This document shows positions 12,400 to 25,700 of a stretch of DNA of 64,000 nt, one piece after another. The stretch covers positions 18,349-82,348 of the forward strand of contig DF237369.1 in the NCBI GenBank assembly GCA_000708835.1, in the 5' to 3' direction. The notes under the pieces were generated by a model. The model searched no databases and was not told where the DNA came from. It saw only the letters and a list, made by a program, of their open reading frames with translations. Origin of the DNA: Klebsormidium nitens. Its lineage: Eukaryota > Plantae > Klebsormidiophyceae. The translations under genes and the position numbers were made by a program. Position 1 is the stretch's first letter. The number at the start of each line of letters is the position of its first letter.

Positions 12400-15300
12400 C
12401 TATGGAAAAGTGCACGATCGTCCTGTGAGGAGCTAGCAAGTTAAAAGGCCGCCAGCAAAACAGCAAAGGCGTTCGTTCGTTATCGTCGGGGCTTGCCGGA
12501 CGTTGGAAAGTTCAAAAACCGGCGCAAAGTCTTCTTTCGCACGTGAGAAGAGGTTTAAGGGTTTAACCTGGTATGGTGAGGTGATTTCGAGTGGCTTCGT
12601 ACGGATGGGGCTCAGCCCGCGCGAAAAAGCACACAGAGCACCCTGAAAAGGGGTATACTTCAACGTCGTGACTATCTGACTAAATGTGCGGGCACAGTCT
12701 TTGTTCGCTGTATGAGATTATTACCTTGGCCCCTTCTCCTTTGCGGCTTGGTTGACCTGGCATACACCAAAAGCTAGCCTCTGCGCTCGAAGGACCAGAC
12801 GATTGCTTACATCTAATGGACATTGAGAGCAAGTCGGACGTGTCGCTTTCTGATCCGGCTGGCTTTTGTGAAAGCAGAAGCAGAAGCATCATGGGCCTGC
12901 GCTGTAGATAGTCGCAGCCACAGTCGGTCACAGATATAGAATGAACGGAAGGAACTAGAATTCGACCACCGTCTCATCCAAGTGGGCAGTAATGATGTTC
13001 ATTGGACCATGTAAAGAGCAATCAGGGCGTCCAGATCGACAACAAGTCAGGTTGGGCTGTCTCAAAACAGAAGGAAAGCAGCCCACATCAGCAACGTCCA
13101 TCATTGCCCAACTCAGGGGAGGTATACTTTTGACCTTGGGACGCAGGCCAGAAGAGAACATACGACGCGATGACAAAGGGAGGAGTTGCATCAGCGGAGG
13201 TGTCACTCCACATCCGGTCAACAATCTTCTTGCTCAAGCTGACAGAACAGAAGCATGCACACGCTGATGGACGTGCCTTGAGTGAGCATCTTCTAGTGGC
13301 AAGCAATTAGCGCAGGAACAAATCAGATCCTTTCGGGTCCGTTCCAAATCTACGGCCTACAAGGTCTCAGCTACAATCGAGGAACTGAAGACTTGCGTTC
13401 AGACAAGGACTTTCAGGCTGTCAGGCATGTGACACTTTTGAACAATTAGGACTACTCTGGAACACACGTTGGCCTTGGATCCTGGAGATTCTCCTTCTCT
13501 TTGCAAAGAATGAGAGGAGTTCATCTTTCAACATAGCCACGTCTTCTAAGTGGCAAGTCAAGGTGCAAGCACTTGTGATGTGGACGAATCTGAATAACAA
13601 GAGACATCCACTTGGCAAACGTAAGGGTACGGCATAACACGGCGGAGACCAGCCTTCGAGGGTCCTTACCTGTCGCAACCTGCTCCACAGAAGACCCCTC
13701 TCCCAATCTATAACGAGCAACTAATGGAGCAAAACTCCAAAGTTCGGCAAGACGACTATGGACTGAAAGAAGGAGTGCAACATATGAGACGGTGTTTCGA
13801 GTATGACGGGCGTCTGGAAGGACACAATCCCAGGAACTAGGCTGCCTCAACATTGACCGACAGCCCACATGCCGGCGCTGCCCGTCATTACCCTGCTCGT
13901 ACGTTGATACCTCCAAAGGCACTGATTGTTCTTGTCAGCAAATCTGCAGCTCCTTATCTGATCCGGAGAAGGCGCGGAATCAAGAGCAGACAAGCGGGTT
14001 CATGGTCAGGAGCGAGAGAGATGACATTTTTTGACTGTTTCGCAGGTTATGCTTGGAGAGGAGTTCCATCCGAAGCCTTGGCCGACACCGAACTAGATAG
14101 CAATTGCAAGATTCGGCAACCATTTCAGCATGGAGAAAGCGCTTCGTCTGGACGAAGACTGCAAGAGGATAGGCCTCCGGGCAAAGACCACATAGAAAGC
14201 ACTTGGGCTCTCCGGTTGAAACACTCTCGTGCACAAATGTAAGAAACACGCTAGCGCCATGCACAACCGACATCACTGCTCCCAATCCGACGCGCTTCGA
14301 CCTGTCGAATGAGCCGGTTCTGGCCGTTTCAATGCCGGTGTTATCGAAATCACAATCTGACAGAAAAACTTAGGATTCAGTATGACAAGCTCGCAGGTAA
14401 CATATTGGGATCTCGGGAGGATCCTTAAAAGGACGTGCATGTTGGCCGCATGCCTCTTCAAAGGAGTAAAGCGGAGCGTACTGTGATCTACATTCGACAA
14501 AGGAAACACAATCCGCGGTCCTCACACTCGTCGAAAAAGCTTGACAGCAAAGAGGAGGCTGCTAAATTTTAGCACGTTTCAGCAACCGCAAGCGCTCTGC
14601 AGACCTGCTAGGGACTTCCCAAAACCCGATTCAAACAATTAATCGACAATCGGCGCACATTCGACGATTATTCGTACGGGCTTGTCAGGCTTCATGGAAA
14701 TGAACATCGCAATGAAAACATCGCTGACCTCAAAACCTTTGTCATGAGGGGCATCAGGAGGTAGCATGGCCAAGTTAAGCTTTCTGGTACAAGCCCACTC
14801 TAACACCGCCCACTATTATCAGTCCCCATTACAATACCTTATCCAACGGAATATCTTATTGTGATACTCGAAATGCCTAGGACACAGACCAGATTTGATG
14901 AGCAGCACTTCTTAGAGCGACACTCCTCAAAAACGCCTCTGTCTAGTTCTTGTCTTGGAAGCGGTGCGCTTTGCTCCACCAAGATGGGTGGAACTTTGCT
15001 AGTGGGCACACGTTTGAGATGAACTCTGTCAAACCCGCTTATTTACTTTATTCGCAAACGCTGGGTAGGGGAGTGAATCGAGCAATTCTGTCGCCAAAGG
15101 TGAGATCCAGGATCCATTTTATCAAGAAAGCATCAGATACACAAGAGCCTGAGAGGACGAAGGCAAGCTCACTGAGTCATGCTAGAGAAAGCCAACCCAT
15201 CTGAGGCTTGAGAAGCCGCATAAAGGAGCATGAAAAAACTTTTCCACTTCTAAGTACAATTAGACAAATTCAAATCCAGCAAAGTTGGCGTCAGCACACG

Positions 15301-15500
15301 AGCCATTCCTTCGGGGATCAAACTGTCCTGAGCGAATTCGCAAAGTCCTTGCCAAGAAAGCCCAAAACTGGCAGGTTAAAGTTACCGGCTATGAATCGTG
15401 AAGCTGCTGCATGAAAAACAGAGGCGAGCTCGTGTCTGAAGTTCCAAGACCAGACGGTCGAGCTAAGTGCTTGGGGCAACCGGCTGGCGAAGGCACGAGT
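12400..15500 (-). pseudogene. F-box/LRR pseudogene block E
   Basis: Collinear for ~3 kb with 26200-29200. Minus-strand KRHAANMHVLLRIL, TLEGWSPPCYAVPLRLPSGC and VLTPTLLDLNLSNC are conserved with the intronic copy. Confidence 0.6.
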
Positions 15501-16770
15501 ACAAAACCGGCGCAGTAGTCATCAAACACTCACGCCGCTCCAACCTCCCATTTACTTGACAAAATAGCTTTTTATCTCTTCTGAAGGTGAAAGGCATCTG
15601 CTATTGATCCACCCACGAACGAGCAAGCGCAAGGCGCCACGAAGAAGCGAGGCGGAACAGTTCGAAACGAGCGAGTCAAAAAAATCACGCACCGCTTGCA
15701 AAAAGTGCGGCACCTGATCGAAGGTTTGGAACTAAAAAAATCCGAGAGCCCATTGATGAAAGCTTGGGCACTGGATTGGCTATCAGAACAGTACACAATG
15801 TCAAGACCAATGTCTCATGCATGTCAAAAGAACGAGATACCGGTGATGTGCACCGGCCTCGGCCGCTTATGATCGCGAGACCTGACCGTTGGCCCTTTCG
15901 AGATGCTGCAGTGAAAGCTGTGTCTCTCCATGTGAAAAAGCAATATCAGACTTCAGCAAGGATGTCTTTCTCTCTCACAGGGCAACTCCGTCCGATGAGT
16001 TCCAAAGGAAAACAGCCGTTAATGAAAGCAGCCGTTATGATTGAAAACAGACCGTACTGTTAATAGGTACGTTTCGACCCAACCTTCATCGAGATCACGA
16101 GGGGACACAGTACGAACGTTAGACGTCTCAAACCAGTTCACAATGCTGAAAATTTTGCGTGCCCGCTCTTGCAAACAAAAGGCTTAACCCATACGCAGAC
16201 ACAAATATCTGAGGAAACACTCACGTGCCTTCACATCTTGGCCTTTGCCGCAAATCTAGGCTCTAAACAGGAAACTGTAGCCCTGATATACACGCATTGG
16301 ACCTCCACAAAAATGACGTGGTCCGATCTTGTTTCTCCCCACATGTCCGAAAGTTCAGAAAACAAGGCCTCGCATGTCCTGAACTTCAGGAAACAAGGCC
16401 TCGCCGGTTTGTGGTGTCACAGGCCTCGACGGGTTTCAATTCATGATCGACCATTGAGGAGAAAACAACATCTGGGCTGTTAGATAGTTAATCCAATATG
16501 CTTACAAAGGAGTCTTCCGCACCCGTTTTTAACCGAATTAATGAAGCTACATGTCTAACGTAAAAGATTGTCTTCAGTATTACCTACGAAAATATTCTAC
16601 CTGTACGAATGCATCGCCTCATTTACTTACTCAACAAAATACTTGTTTTCACAAACGTAGACCTTGACGATACGAAACGCGGCATTGACGAATCTGCCTT
16701 TACCATCTTCACTAATGAATCTTTTGATTCTAGAAGTACATTTCAGGAAGACACACAGGAAGGAAGAGCT

Positions 16771-19700
16771 TCAGCCAGACCTTTCTACGAAATTACTGAC
16801 GGAGTCGCACCGTAAATGTTTGACCGACTCAATGTGAGGGATTCCGCCACGGAACCATTGGGTCAGCTTGTAGACCGGAATCGAGAGGAGCGCAAATCCG
16901 AGCGCAGCCGACGCGGGGCCCGCGTTCCGCATGAGCGATGTCAACACGAGGTAACTGCAAGGGGCAACGAGGAGCGGATTGACTCTAAGTTTGAGTAGTA
17001 TTGCGTAGCATTCAAGTTCAAACGTACTTTCTGTCTGTGTGTGTGCTTCAAATCGCACTTTCTGTCTGTGTGTGTGCTTCAAATCGCACAGATAATAAAC
17101 CAGCACGCATCAGCACAGATGAAAGGCGCATACCGTAACAAATCCGGCGGCAACACATCCGGTTGAAAGCTTAGCCAAACGAGAACGGTAAGAGGTCGGT
17201 AATGATCGATGTTACTGAAAGTGAAATGGGACACCCTTTCAACATCTAATTGACGCAGCCCTTTACTCCCACAGACGATGGCACACGCACTTACCACTTA
17301 AGTCCAAACACGGAGTACGCAAACGCCCAGTCCGCTCAACGCTCAAACGGCTAGGTCGAAAATACGGAAGGGAATGATGCAAATGAAATCCAAGGAGCCT
17401 TTCTCAAGGGCTGAATCCAAGCAGCTATTTTGAGTTCCAAAAGAGTAGCACAAGCACTTGCACGCAAGCCCAAACACGGAGTACGCAACCGACCAACCCT
17501 TGAACGGCCGGGTAGACGGTCGAAAATACTGATAACATGAATGTCAAGGAGACGCTATTGATGGTCAAAAGAAGTAGCTTTTACACTTTCAAAAAATAGC
17601 AGCAGTACTCACCACGCAAGTCCAAACACGGAATACGAAAACGCCCAATGCGCCCGGAGCTTAAACGGCCTGTGGATGCTCGGGAAGCGTGCGCGTATCC
17701 GCACGAGCGAGAGCGCGGAGAGGCCGTAGAAGACCCAGCTAGCCACACCGAAGTAGTTGATGAGGGACGACAGGCTCGCGGAGGAGCACAGCAGGAGCAG
17801 GCACGCCCACGCTCCCTGCAACGTAGATTGACGTCAGCACACGATTGAGCTGACGTCAGTGAACGTGGGGGTTTCGTGGATGTTAAGAAGCCTGACGAGG
17901 GGCGACAGGCTCACGGAGGAGCACAGTAGGAGCAGGCTCGCCCACGCTCCCTACAGAGAGAGGATGACGTCAGAAGGGGTAATGTCAGCATGTGGGTCAG
18001 ACGACGTGGTTGCAACAATTTCCCTTGATGCCAAAGCAAATGACGCCAGGCTCGCAGAAGGGCACAGCAGGAGCATGCACGCCCACGCTTCCTACAGGGA
18101 CAGGATGACGTCAGAACATGGTTTAGCTGACGTCAACGGGTTCCGAGGATTTCGCGTTGACTTCAGAAGCTTGATGGGGGACGCCAAGCTGGTGTAGGAG
18201 CTCAACAGGAGCAGGCACGCCTGCGCTCCTAGGGCAGTAAGGTGATGTAAACGCACGGTTCGGATGACGTCATGACAGATTCAGACAACCCTTGTCATTT
18301 GGCCTTTATGAGTTGAGATAGAATCAAAATCACCAAGCTCAACACCTTAGAAAGCACCCTTTCTATCTGATTTAGCCTCACTCAAAGGAGTACGTGGCAC
18401 GGCCACTTACAGTTCTCCAATTCGGAAACGAGCAATATCACTGGAATATTCAGAGACGTTGCGGGGCTCGGAATCGATCGCTGGTGCTTCCTTAGATGCC
18501 GCCACGCATAAGGTTGGAAATCCTTGCTCTGATTGGTTTCAAAGCCCCGCGACAAACTTGTCGAGGATTTCAACCCATCGGGCATGGTATCATGACCACC
18601 GCTTAGCATCTTCATATAAGCGTTTAAACCCCACCTCGCAGAGAATGGATTCTGATCAAAGTTTTACTCTCACAACCAGGCTCTGCCTTGAACTCTGGCA
18701 TGAATGCTTGCGCTACGATTGTCCAGATCACGCAAAGGACTTACGAACAGTTGGGCACATTTCACAACGGCACAAAGCGTGTACGACAGAAATTCATTGG
18801 GTTCTGGATCGGCGGGCTCGGCAAATAGAAGAGCGGGCGTCAAGGCTTCCAAGCAAAGCAGGCACCCAAGCTAGGTTTGCAAACAACAAGAAGTGGCGTC
18901 AACGGAAAAGCTTGGCACTGGGTTTGACACCCAATGTCGTCGACTTTCACAGCCGCATGCAACTGAGAGAAAGCACAACCGTACAAACTCCGGTCTCGCT
19001 TGAAAAATCTATGTTATGTTATCCTCACGCTTGGGATGCATTTAGGAATTCGACCACTGAGTCTCGACCAGTGAGTCTTAGCCACAAAACCAGACCAAAA
19101 CGCTTGGCAATATCTTGTGTAGCCCAGAGGCAACTCCAACTCAGCCTCCTGTTTCAGTTCGTTTCCTCCTTTCCATGAAGCTACTAAGCAACAAGACAGT
19201 ATAGGTGAGGGACTAAAACGCGCTAGTAGACAATGCCTTCCTTCAAGATTCACGACGCAGAAGAAAAAACAAAGACCACGGGAACCGAGACGGACGAAAG
19301 GGCTCAAAAAAAGTTGGCCTGACATGAAAAGCAGAAGAACGGCAAGCTTGCGCAACACCTGACCGGCTTCAGAGGAGAGAGCCATCTTCTAGTGAAGGAA
19401 CATCCTTCATTGCTGAGCTCATCAGAGCCACCCGAGGAACAAAGAAGGACATGAGTTAGTTAGCCTGAAAATGGAGACGTAGATCAATTGACTGTGTTTG
19501 ATGAAGTCATGCTAGCGCCATGCCTTCTTGAGGCAGAAGACTCGTGCATTAAAGACTTGCCCAAGTTACACGCGACCGGCATGGATTAGACCACCATGGA
19601 GTCCCTGTTTGCCTTTGAGAGGATACATTCACAAACGACGGCTTTCAAATACAACAGGCCAATCTCCAACTGCTCCACGCGTCCCAGTAGAGCACTTTTC

Positions 19701-22700
19701 ACGGAGCAGTCAATGCAAATGGACTTGCATATCAACGTGGAAAGCAGACTTCAGGCATTAGCTCAGCGCAAAGAGGGCACCAAAGCCTGACGCTTCGTGT
19801 CAGGACCTGATCCCACATGGCCCAATCTTGAACACTGATGACGACTTATGCGACAATGATACCAGGACGTGTGTATCAAGGCAGCCGCACCTTCCAGCCT
19901 GAGTTGTTCAGCCCGAAAACAAAGCATTCCGAATGTTCACCGTCCTTTGCAGAGTTGGAAGCAGAAAAAAGTACAGGGTCAGAGACCCGCAGAAAAGAGA
20001 CCCGGCCAAGGTTACTGGGGAGAGCGCCACTGCAACTGCAGCCACTCAATTGCCGCAAGAAAACCTTGACGCCCGAGAACACCGACCAGCTATAAGACCC
20101 GTAGCAGTTCACTTACTTCCAGAATATCCAAACTACTTCTGTCCTTCAAAGCAGAGAGGCACTCAATGAAAACGCTGAGGGGTCAGTGAAAGTTGACGTC
20201 GGCCCTCATACATCACAGCCGGACGCTCTGCACTTTCAAATGCCTGTCCCTGTTAGCAAATTGGCGAAGCTCTCACATGCGCTCAAGAAACTCAACGAGA
20301 GCAGATGCCACTCAATTTTTGACGGAAGTCACCAGAACGTCTTCGGAATGAGCCCAAGCGCAGGCTTTCGATCACGGAGACTTCAAGCTCCGAGAAACCC
20401 GGATGCTAAGCAAAAGCGAGTGCCTTCGAACAAGGAGGGAACTCAAAAGATACATCACCAAGCTTCTACCGTCGGTGCAAGGCTTTAGGTTAAAGAGAGC
20501 CGCCTTGAGGCGACACCTCATCGACATTCCCATCACAGCCAGAATCGGACAAAGCGGAACGTGCATCCAGAGACATGCATACTCACTGCGGTTCATTACG
20601 CAACGACGCCACGTACCAACCAGTGTTACATGAAAAGTAATAATATCACAATCGCGGAAACCGAACGATAACGTTGACAGACGTGGGCGCCAGATTCCAG
20701 AGCCAATGACCTTGAGCTGTTGTCCGTTCCAGGCCCTCGACGGATCCCATGGATTCAGTGTGCACTCACTCGGAGACACCGACAGACTTCGCTCGGAGCA
20801 GCCAGGTTTGTCACCAGCGAAGAGCAGAGCATAAAGCTCCATTCCAGAAGCTCACGTTGCAGGCAAGCAACACCCAATGTCCGTCAAGGCTGAGGAAGAA
20901 GAATGGTCCAGCTAAAATCGAAGGAACGGCTCCACGTAGGCCATCAACGCTGCGGAGGCGCCTCAGCATCGTCCTCGTCATTGCCACCAGCGGAAGTAAC
21001 GAAATATGCAAGCAGGATTTTTCATATGAAAGAAATCCGCAAAAGGCAATTCACACCTCAGTCTGGAGGGCTTAGCTTACTCAGCTGTTGCTGTAAAGCG
21101 TGGGCTTGGAAAAACAATGTGCGTAGCATGCTTCAGCAGATCATGCTTACCTGCGCTAATAGAGCGGCGTACGGCGCCCGGCTTTTTTGCCCCAGTGCGC
21201 TCATCCAGGACGGAATCTGGCCGGCTCGGGAGGCCGCATACTGCAGAAACGGCACGGTTTCAGCAGGGTCGATCTGCGATCCCGGTTCAAGGAAGCCTTT
21301 TTTTTTTAACTGAATATTCTGGCCACACGCAGCTCATCATGAGGAGTCTGCGGACTGGCACACCGCTCGGTTCAAGGAAGCCTGCCCTGCCTTTTTCAGC
21401 AGGTAGAGCCAACGGACAGCGAGTCTGACGCGGCAGCTTCTGCATGCCCGGTGTGTCAACCGCTACGGGAAGAAACACGGGTTGACTGCAAACCGGCCCC
21501 GGAAGAACAGCAAGAAAAGAGCGAGAAGGAGGCAAGCCGGATGTGCAGTACAAGCTGCTCGAAGACTGCTCCCCGTCAGGAAATGGCAGATGCCGTGATC
21601 GGAAGTTCGTAGCCTATGCTAAGGCAGTAGAAGCAGATTTAGGTGTGACTCGACCTTGTTCACTAGAACGCCATATTTGTCATAGAGGTGAAGCCGAACC
21701 AGGCTCCCTATTCTGACCGCCATCCTCCTTAACCATAGCCTGCGATAATTCAACTTCTCTCCTACGATCTCAGGTCCAATGTTTGTCATTGTGAGCGGTT
21801 CGATCCGCTTGATGGTCCTTCCAAAAACGCCAACAAGTACCACCTCACGAAACATATTCATATATGAGTTTGACAATTCAAGACGCACCAGATTGCACCT
21901 GTTGCATGATGATCTAAGGGACACAAGCAGGAACTTGGCGCGACAAGCCTTACCAGGTAGCGTCCCCCGCACATGATGGTCGCGTTCGCGCTCCCCAGCG
22001 TAGAGAGCGCAACTAGGATGGCGGTCAGGCTGCCCGCCCACGTGCCCAACGCGCGCTCCACAGCGTCCACCGCAACCACCGCGCCAAACTTGACGGCTGC
22101 GCAGGACGATCGGAGGCGTCAAACAACGACATAAAGTTTGCATGCGTGGCGCTTTTCGTCACGATGAACGTGACAGTGGATTGGCTCACGAGACGGGCTC
22201 AAGCTGATGAGGGCGGCAGACTTCCCGAATCAACCACATGAAAGTCAGAGGCCGTCGGCCGCGAAAGCTGGCCATGAATCAGCTCGTCATACCGCTGCTC
22301 CTGCCGCTTCTGAGTTGCAAAGAAGTGATGAATGCTATCTTTCATACAGATTCCCTGAATCTCCGCAAAAGCGCCGTCCGACACTTTGAATTCCGTCTTT
22401 TCTACCTTCGCGTATTCGCATCCGTCAAACCAGACGCCCTTTTCTCACCAGCGGGCGTGAGCAACGCATGTGCAGCTTAACCGGCATGTCAGGACGCCCG
22501 TAGAATTACCACTTACTACCGTAGACGTCGAGTTAATGACTCCATAATTCGAGCGCCTGTCGTTAGATCAAATGCGCATTTTTGAAACAAAGTAAGCCGC
22601 CTTACCGTGCACGGGCAGGATGCAGAGGTACGCCACGTTGGCCGTCAGATTTGTCACGTCATCAAGCGGTCGACGTTAGCTAAGAACTCACGCTTTTAAA

Positions 22701-25700
22701 CAAGTAAGCCGCCTTACTGTGTACGGGCAGGATGCAGAGGTACGCCACGTTGGCGGTGACGTAGATAACAATGACAGTGAGCATGCCGAACACGATGCTG
22801 CGCGGCATGTCGCGCCCGGGGTTCTTCAGCTCCTCGCCCAACATCGTCACGGCGCTCCTGCGAAAGTGAGCGGATAAAGGATTGGGACGGAAAAAGTTTG
22901 AGAAACTGCAACAATTGCAAGTCGAGGAGGATACAGAGGCACCACGAAATTCTATTGCGGAGTTGTCACAGCGGCTATGTCAGCCCCTCTGCCAGCATCA
23001 TTACTGCGCTTCCACAGACAGAGAGGAGATGTTAGTGGGTGCAGTTTATTCAATTGGCCACGAGTGAGGGCACGAGTCTTGAGAACGCGTTGGAAACACG
23101 AGAAGACTGTCTCCCAGCATCGTCGTAGCGCTCCTGGGAACTGAAAAGGCACAAGTCGTATCCAGCGTGAGTGAATACATTGAGGACATTTTTATCAGAC
23201 TCTTGACTTCCAAAGAGTACAAAAAAGAAATCTGAGCGCTTCGTCGAGCAGTCCAGACCTGTCTAGGCAACTAGAAGGGGACCATGTCACACGAAAACCC
23301 GCGGACGCAGTGTCACAAACCGCCCCAGGCAGACTTCGTTACTACCGGTTCCATGCTCCGAGGGCAGCCTGGCCCTTCCGCCCAAAACCCGAACCCTGAT
23401 AGCCTTGACCAAAAAAGGGTTAGGAACAAGGTCAGGTGATTTTTGTCTCTGGGCGGATGTCCCACCACCACGTTCTGGAGGCCTACTTAAGCATGGTTTC
23501 ACAGCCATTTCAGCCCTAACCCATGTTTAGTTAGAGCTAACCTGCTACTCTACCAGACCGAGGACCTTTAAGCGCCCGGTAGAGTCTTGAAAAGCAATCT
23601 GAGCCGTCCAATCGTGAAAATGAGGTATCGAACGGCGCGGAGCATGGTTTTCGGCCTTCGAGTGGTGGTGTGTGACCCTGCGCGGACGTCGAAAAAGAGG
23701 CGGACAAGTGTGCCGACGTTCCACCAAAGAAACTCCTTGAACTTGCGGGCTCTTCTCGGACAAAAAGGATGGATGAAAGCGGATCCACACCAGACCATGC
23801 AAGCACGCAAGAAAGGAGAATTTGGACGCCTCAAATCCCTAACTCGATGTCGCACTCATTCACTTTCAAATTTCAGAACTTAAGGCAAGGTTCTGCTTCT
23901 TACCAGCCGTCGAAGGCCCAAAGGGCAGCCACCATTCCCGGACCAAATCCCGCTGGTTGGCTGTCCCGGAAAGGATGCGCCATGTTGCGCGCCGCGACGG
24001 CAGGCTCATCGTGCAGATATACGACGGCGGCGCCAGCCAATAGGAGGACGAGAACGAGCTTGGAGCCGCTGAGCACGTTCTGCACCCAGCTACCCATTTG
24101 AACGCCTGCATACGAGTGAAGACCTCAGTTACTGAAAATTCAACAAACCCGGAGTGCGAGGAAGCAACAGAAGACATTCTCGCAGATCCATTTGTTTCTT
24201 GAAGATAAGTGATCGAACACCGCGCGAGAAGTGATTATTGGCTACTGTCCTCTTTAAGAACAAAGCATGAAGACATCGTGCAACTCTTTCAGCGGACCTT
24301 CTCAACGATGAAAGCAGTTAACCACCAGCGGAGAAACGAGATAGGTGCAAAAGGATCAGTTCCACAGGACTCACCGAAACAGTTGGTTAGTGTGAGCACG
24401 ACGATGCACGCCAGCGACAGCCCTTTCACGCGCCAGTCGTACGCGTTGCTTGAGTAATCATCGAATATCTGCAGGAAAAACAGGTCAATAAGGCGTGAAA
24501 CTTTTGCGATTGTAAAGTCGCGTCTTTGCCAAAATTACCAAGTCCCTACAGTAGACATGCCGCTTCTTGCACTGTGTTCAGTCACATCAAGCTACCAGAT
24601 CGGGTAGTATAGCGAACTCCCAAGCATATAGGAATAGAAAGTCGGTGACTGAAGTAAAGGCTTCAGTCACATCTCAATTCTGTAAGCTTTCAACTCGCGA
24701 ATCGAGCTTCTGAAAAAGACAAGACGGGACTGGGCTGCTTGACCTTCACATTGATCGATCAGCAAGCCCAGACCAGCGACACCATCATAGCTCGCCCTTC
24801 CAGAAGTTCTCTGTTTCTGTACGACATTCCCAGACGCGAAAGCGAGAGCGCAGGGCCAAAAGACTCCATACTAATGCGTAGACCTTTACACGTGTCGTCC
24901 TTGGACGAAACTTCCAAATGTTACAATCTGTATGTCGCCGGCTCATGATAGTATGGCGCAAAGCGCACTCAAAAGTAAAGCCGTAAGCGAAGCAGAGGAA
25001 AAAGGGCAAAGTTGGAGCCTTCATCACAATATGGACGCTTACCCACAGTTTAGCAAGACGTACTTTTAAAGATAAGCGCTGGCGTCAACATCGGGAAAGC
25101 AAATGTGAAATGGGCTGTCGCTCCAGTCCAGAGGAATCGAGCCACCCAACTCAAGCTTTCATCACCGGCAAAGCGCACGTAAGCCCGCGAGGCAACTGAA
25201 AGGTGAGTAGACACAGATTACAGATGGTTCACACGTCTGGCAACGGACAAAATTTCCAAGACGCCGAGCAGCCTTGTACTTTTGGCTCCCGTTCTATCTA
25301 GGACATGTCAAGGAAAGCGGGCTTCTATCAAGATCTTGAAAAAACAACCGCTTAGTCACCGATTGCTAGACAGCAATGCGGATCCAGGCAAGAACTCTTA
25401 GCAGAGCTCGCTGGAAACGGTGAGTACGCGGTAACACCGCTATAGAAAACGTTGAACACCCAACCGCGAGGGACCATGAACACATGTAGCAAGCTCGTCG
25501 TCACACGCAACCGCTCGATGCTAGAATCGGAGCCGAATTCACGAATCACTGCCAACCATAATGCGGATCAGCGGCAGACAATGACTCGTGGACACCAGAT
25601 CGTTCTTGCAGGAAGAAGTTTGTCAAGAGAGACTGTAAATGAGTGCCTTCACAATTATTACCAGATTGAAAAGAGAGATACAACTACAGAAACAACCACC

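Larger units (their letters stand above)
1..15500 (-). pseudogene. Decayed tandem array of intronless F-box/LRR-type pseudogenes (several copies; boundaries approximate)
   Basis: Internally homologous blocks: 1-1150~7200-8280, 6300-7070~8380-9050, 4400-5900~9450-11600, 3300-3700~5300-5600. Minus-strand fragments resemble the intact F-box protein at 40421-41803, e.g. APPKLVELE (~5380) vs APRLIRLE; LRSLMGPPK (~3430) vs VRSLMTPTL; TLESASFRTRL (~5010) vs ALESNVITRL; KRLCFSLGKV (~1100) and KRMCFTLGMVD (~8230) vs STLCFQVKDVD; VLTPTLLDLNL (~15290) vs LMTPTLEKLVL. Many stops and frameshifts. Confidence 0.62.

Noticed and set aside
343-14242. Plus-strand ORFs that look conserved between repeat copies (e.g. 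343-738, 4316-4711, 9445-9687, 13853-14242)
   Set aside because: They are the antisense shadow of the minus-strand pseudogenes. Shared nucleotides make any frame look conserved, and family-like motifs appear only on the minus strand.
1-15500. Decayed repeats as transposon or endogenous virus
   Set aside because: I found no RT, RNase H, integrase, DDE, tyrosine recombinase, helicase or capsid motifs, LTRs or TIRs. Minus-strand fragments match the local F-box/LRR protein instead. A database search is still needed to exclude this fully.
18459-19178. 239-aa plus-strand ORF inside transporter intron 8
   Set aside because: No recognisable domain. It lies antisense to an F-box/LRR pseudogene fragment.
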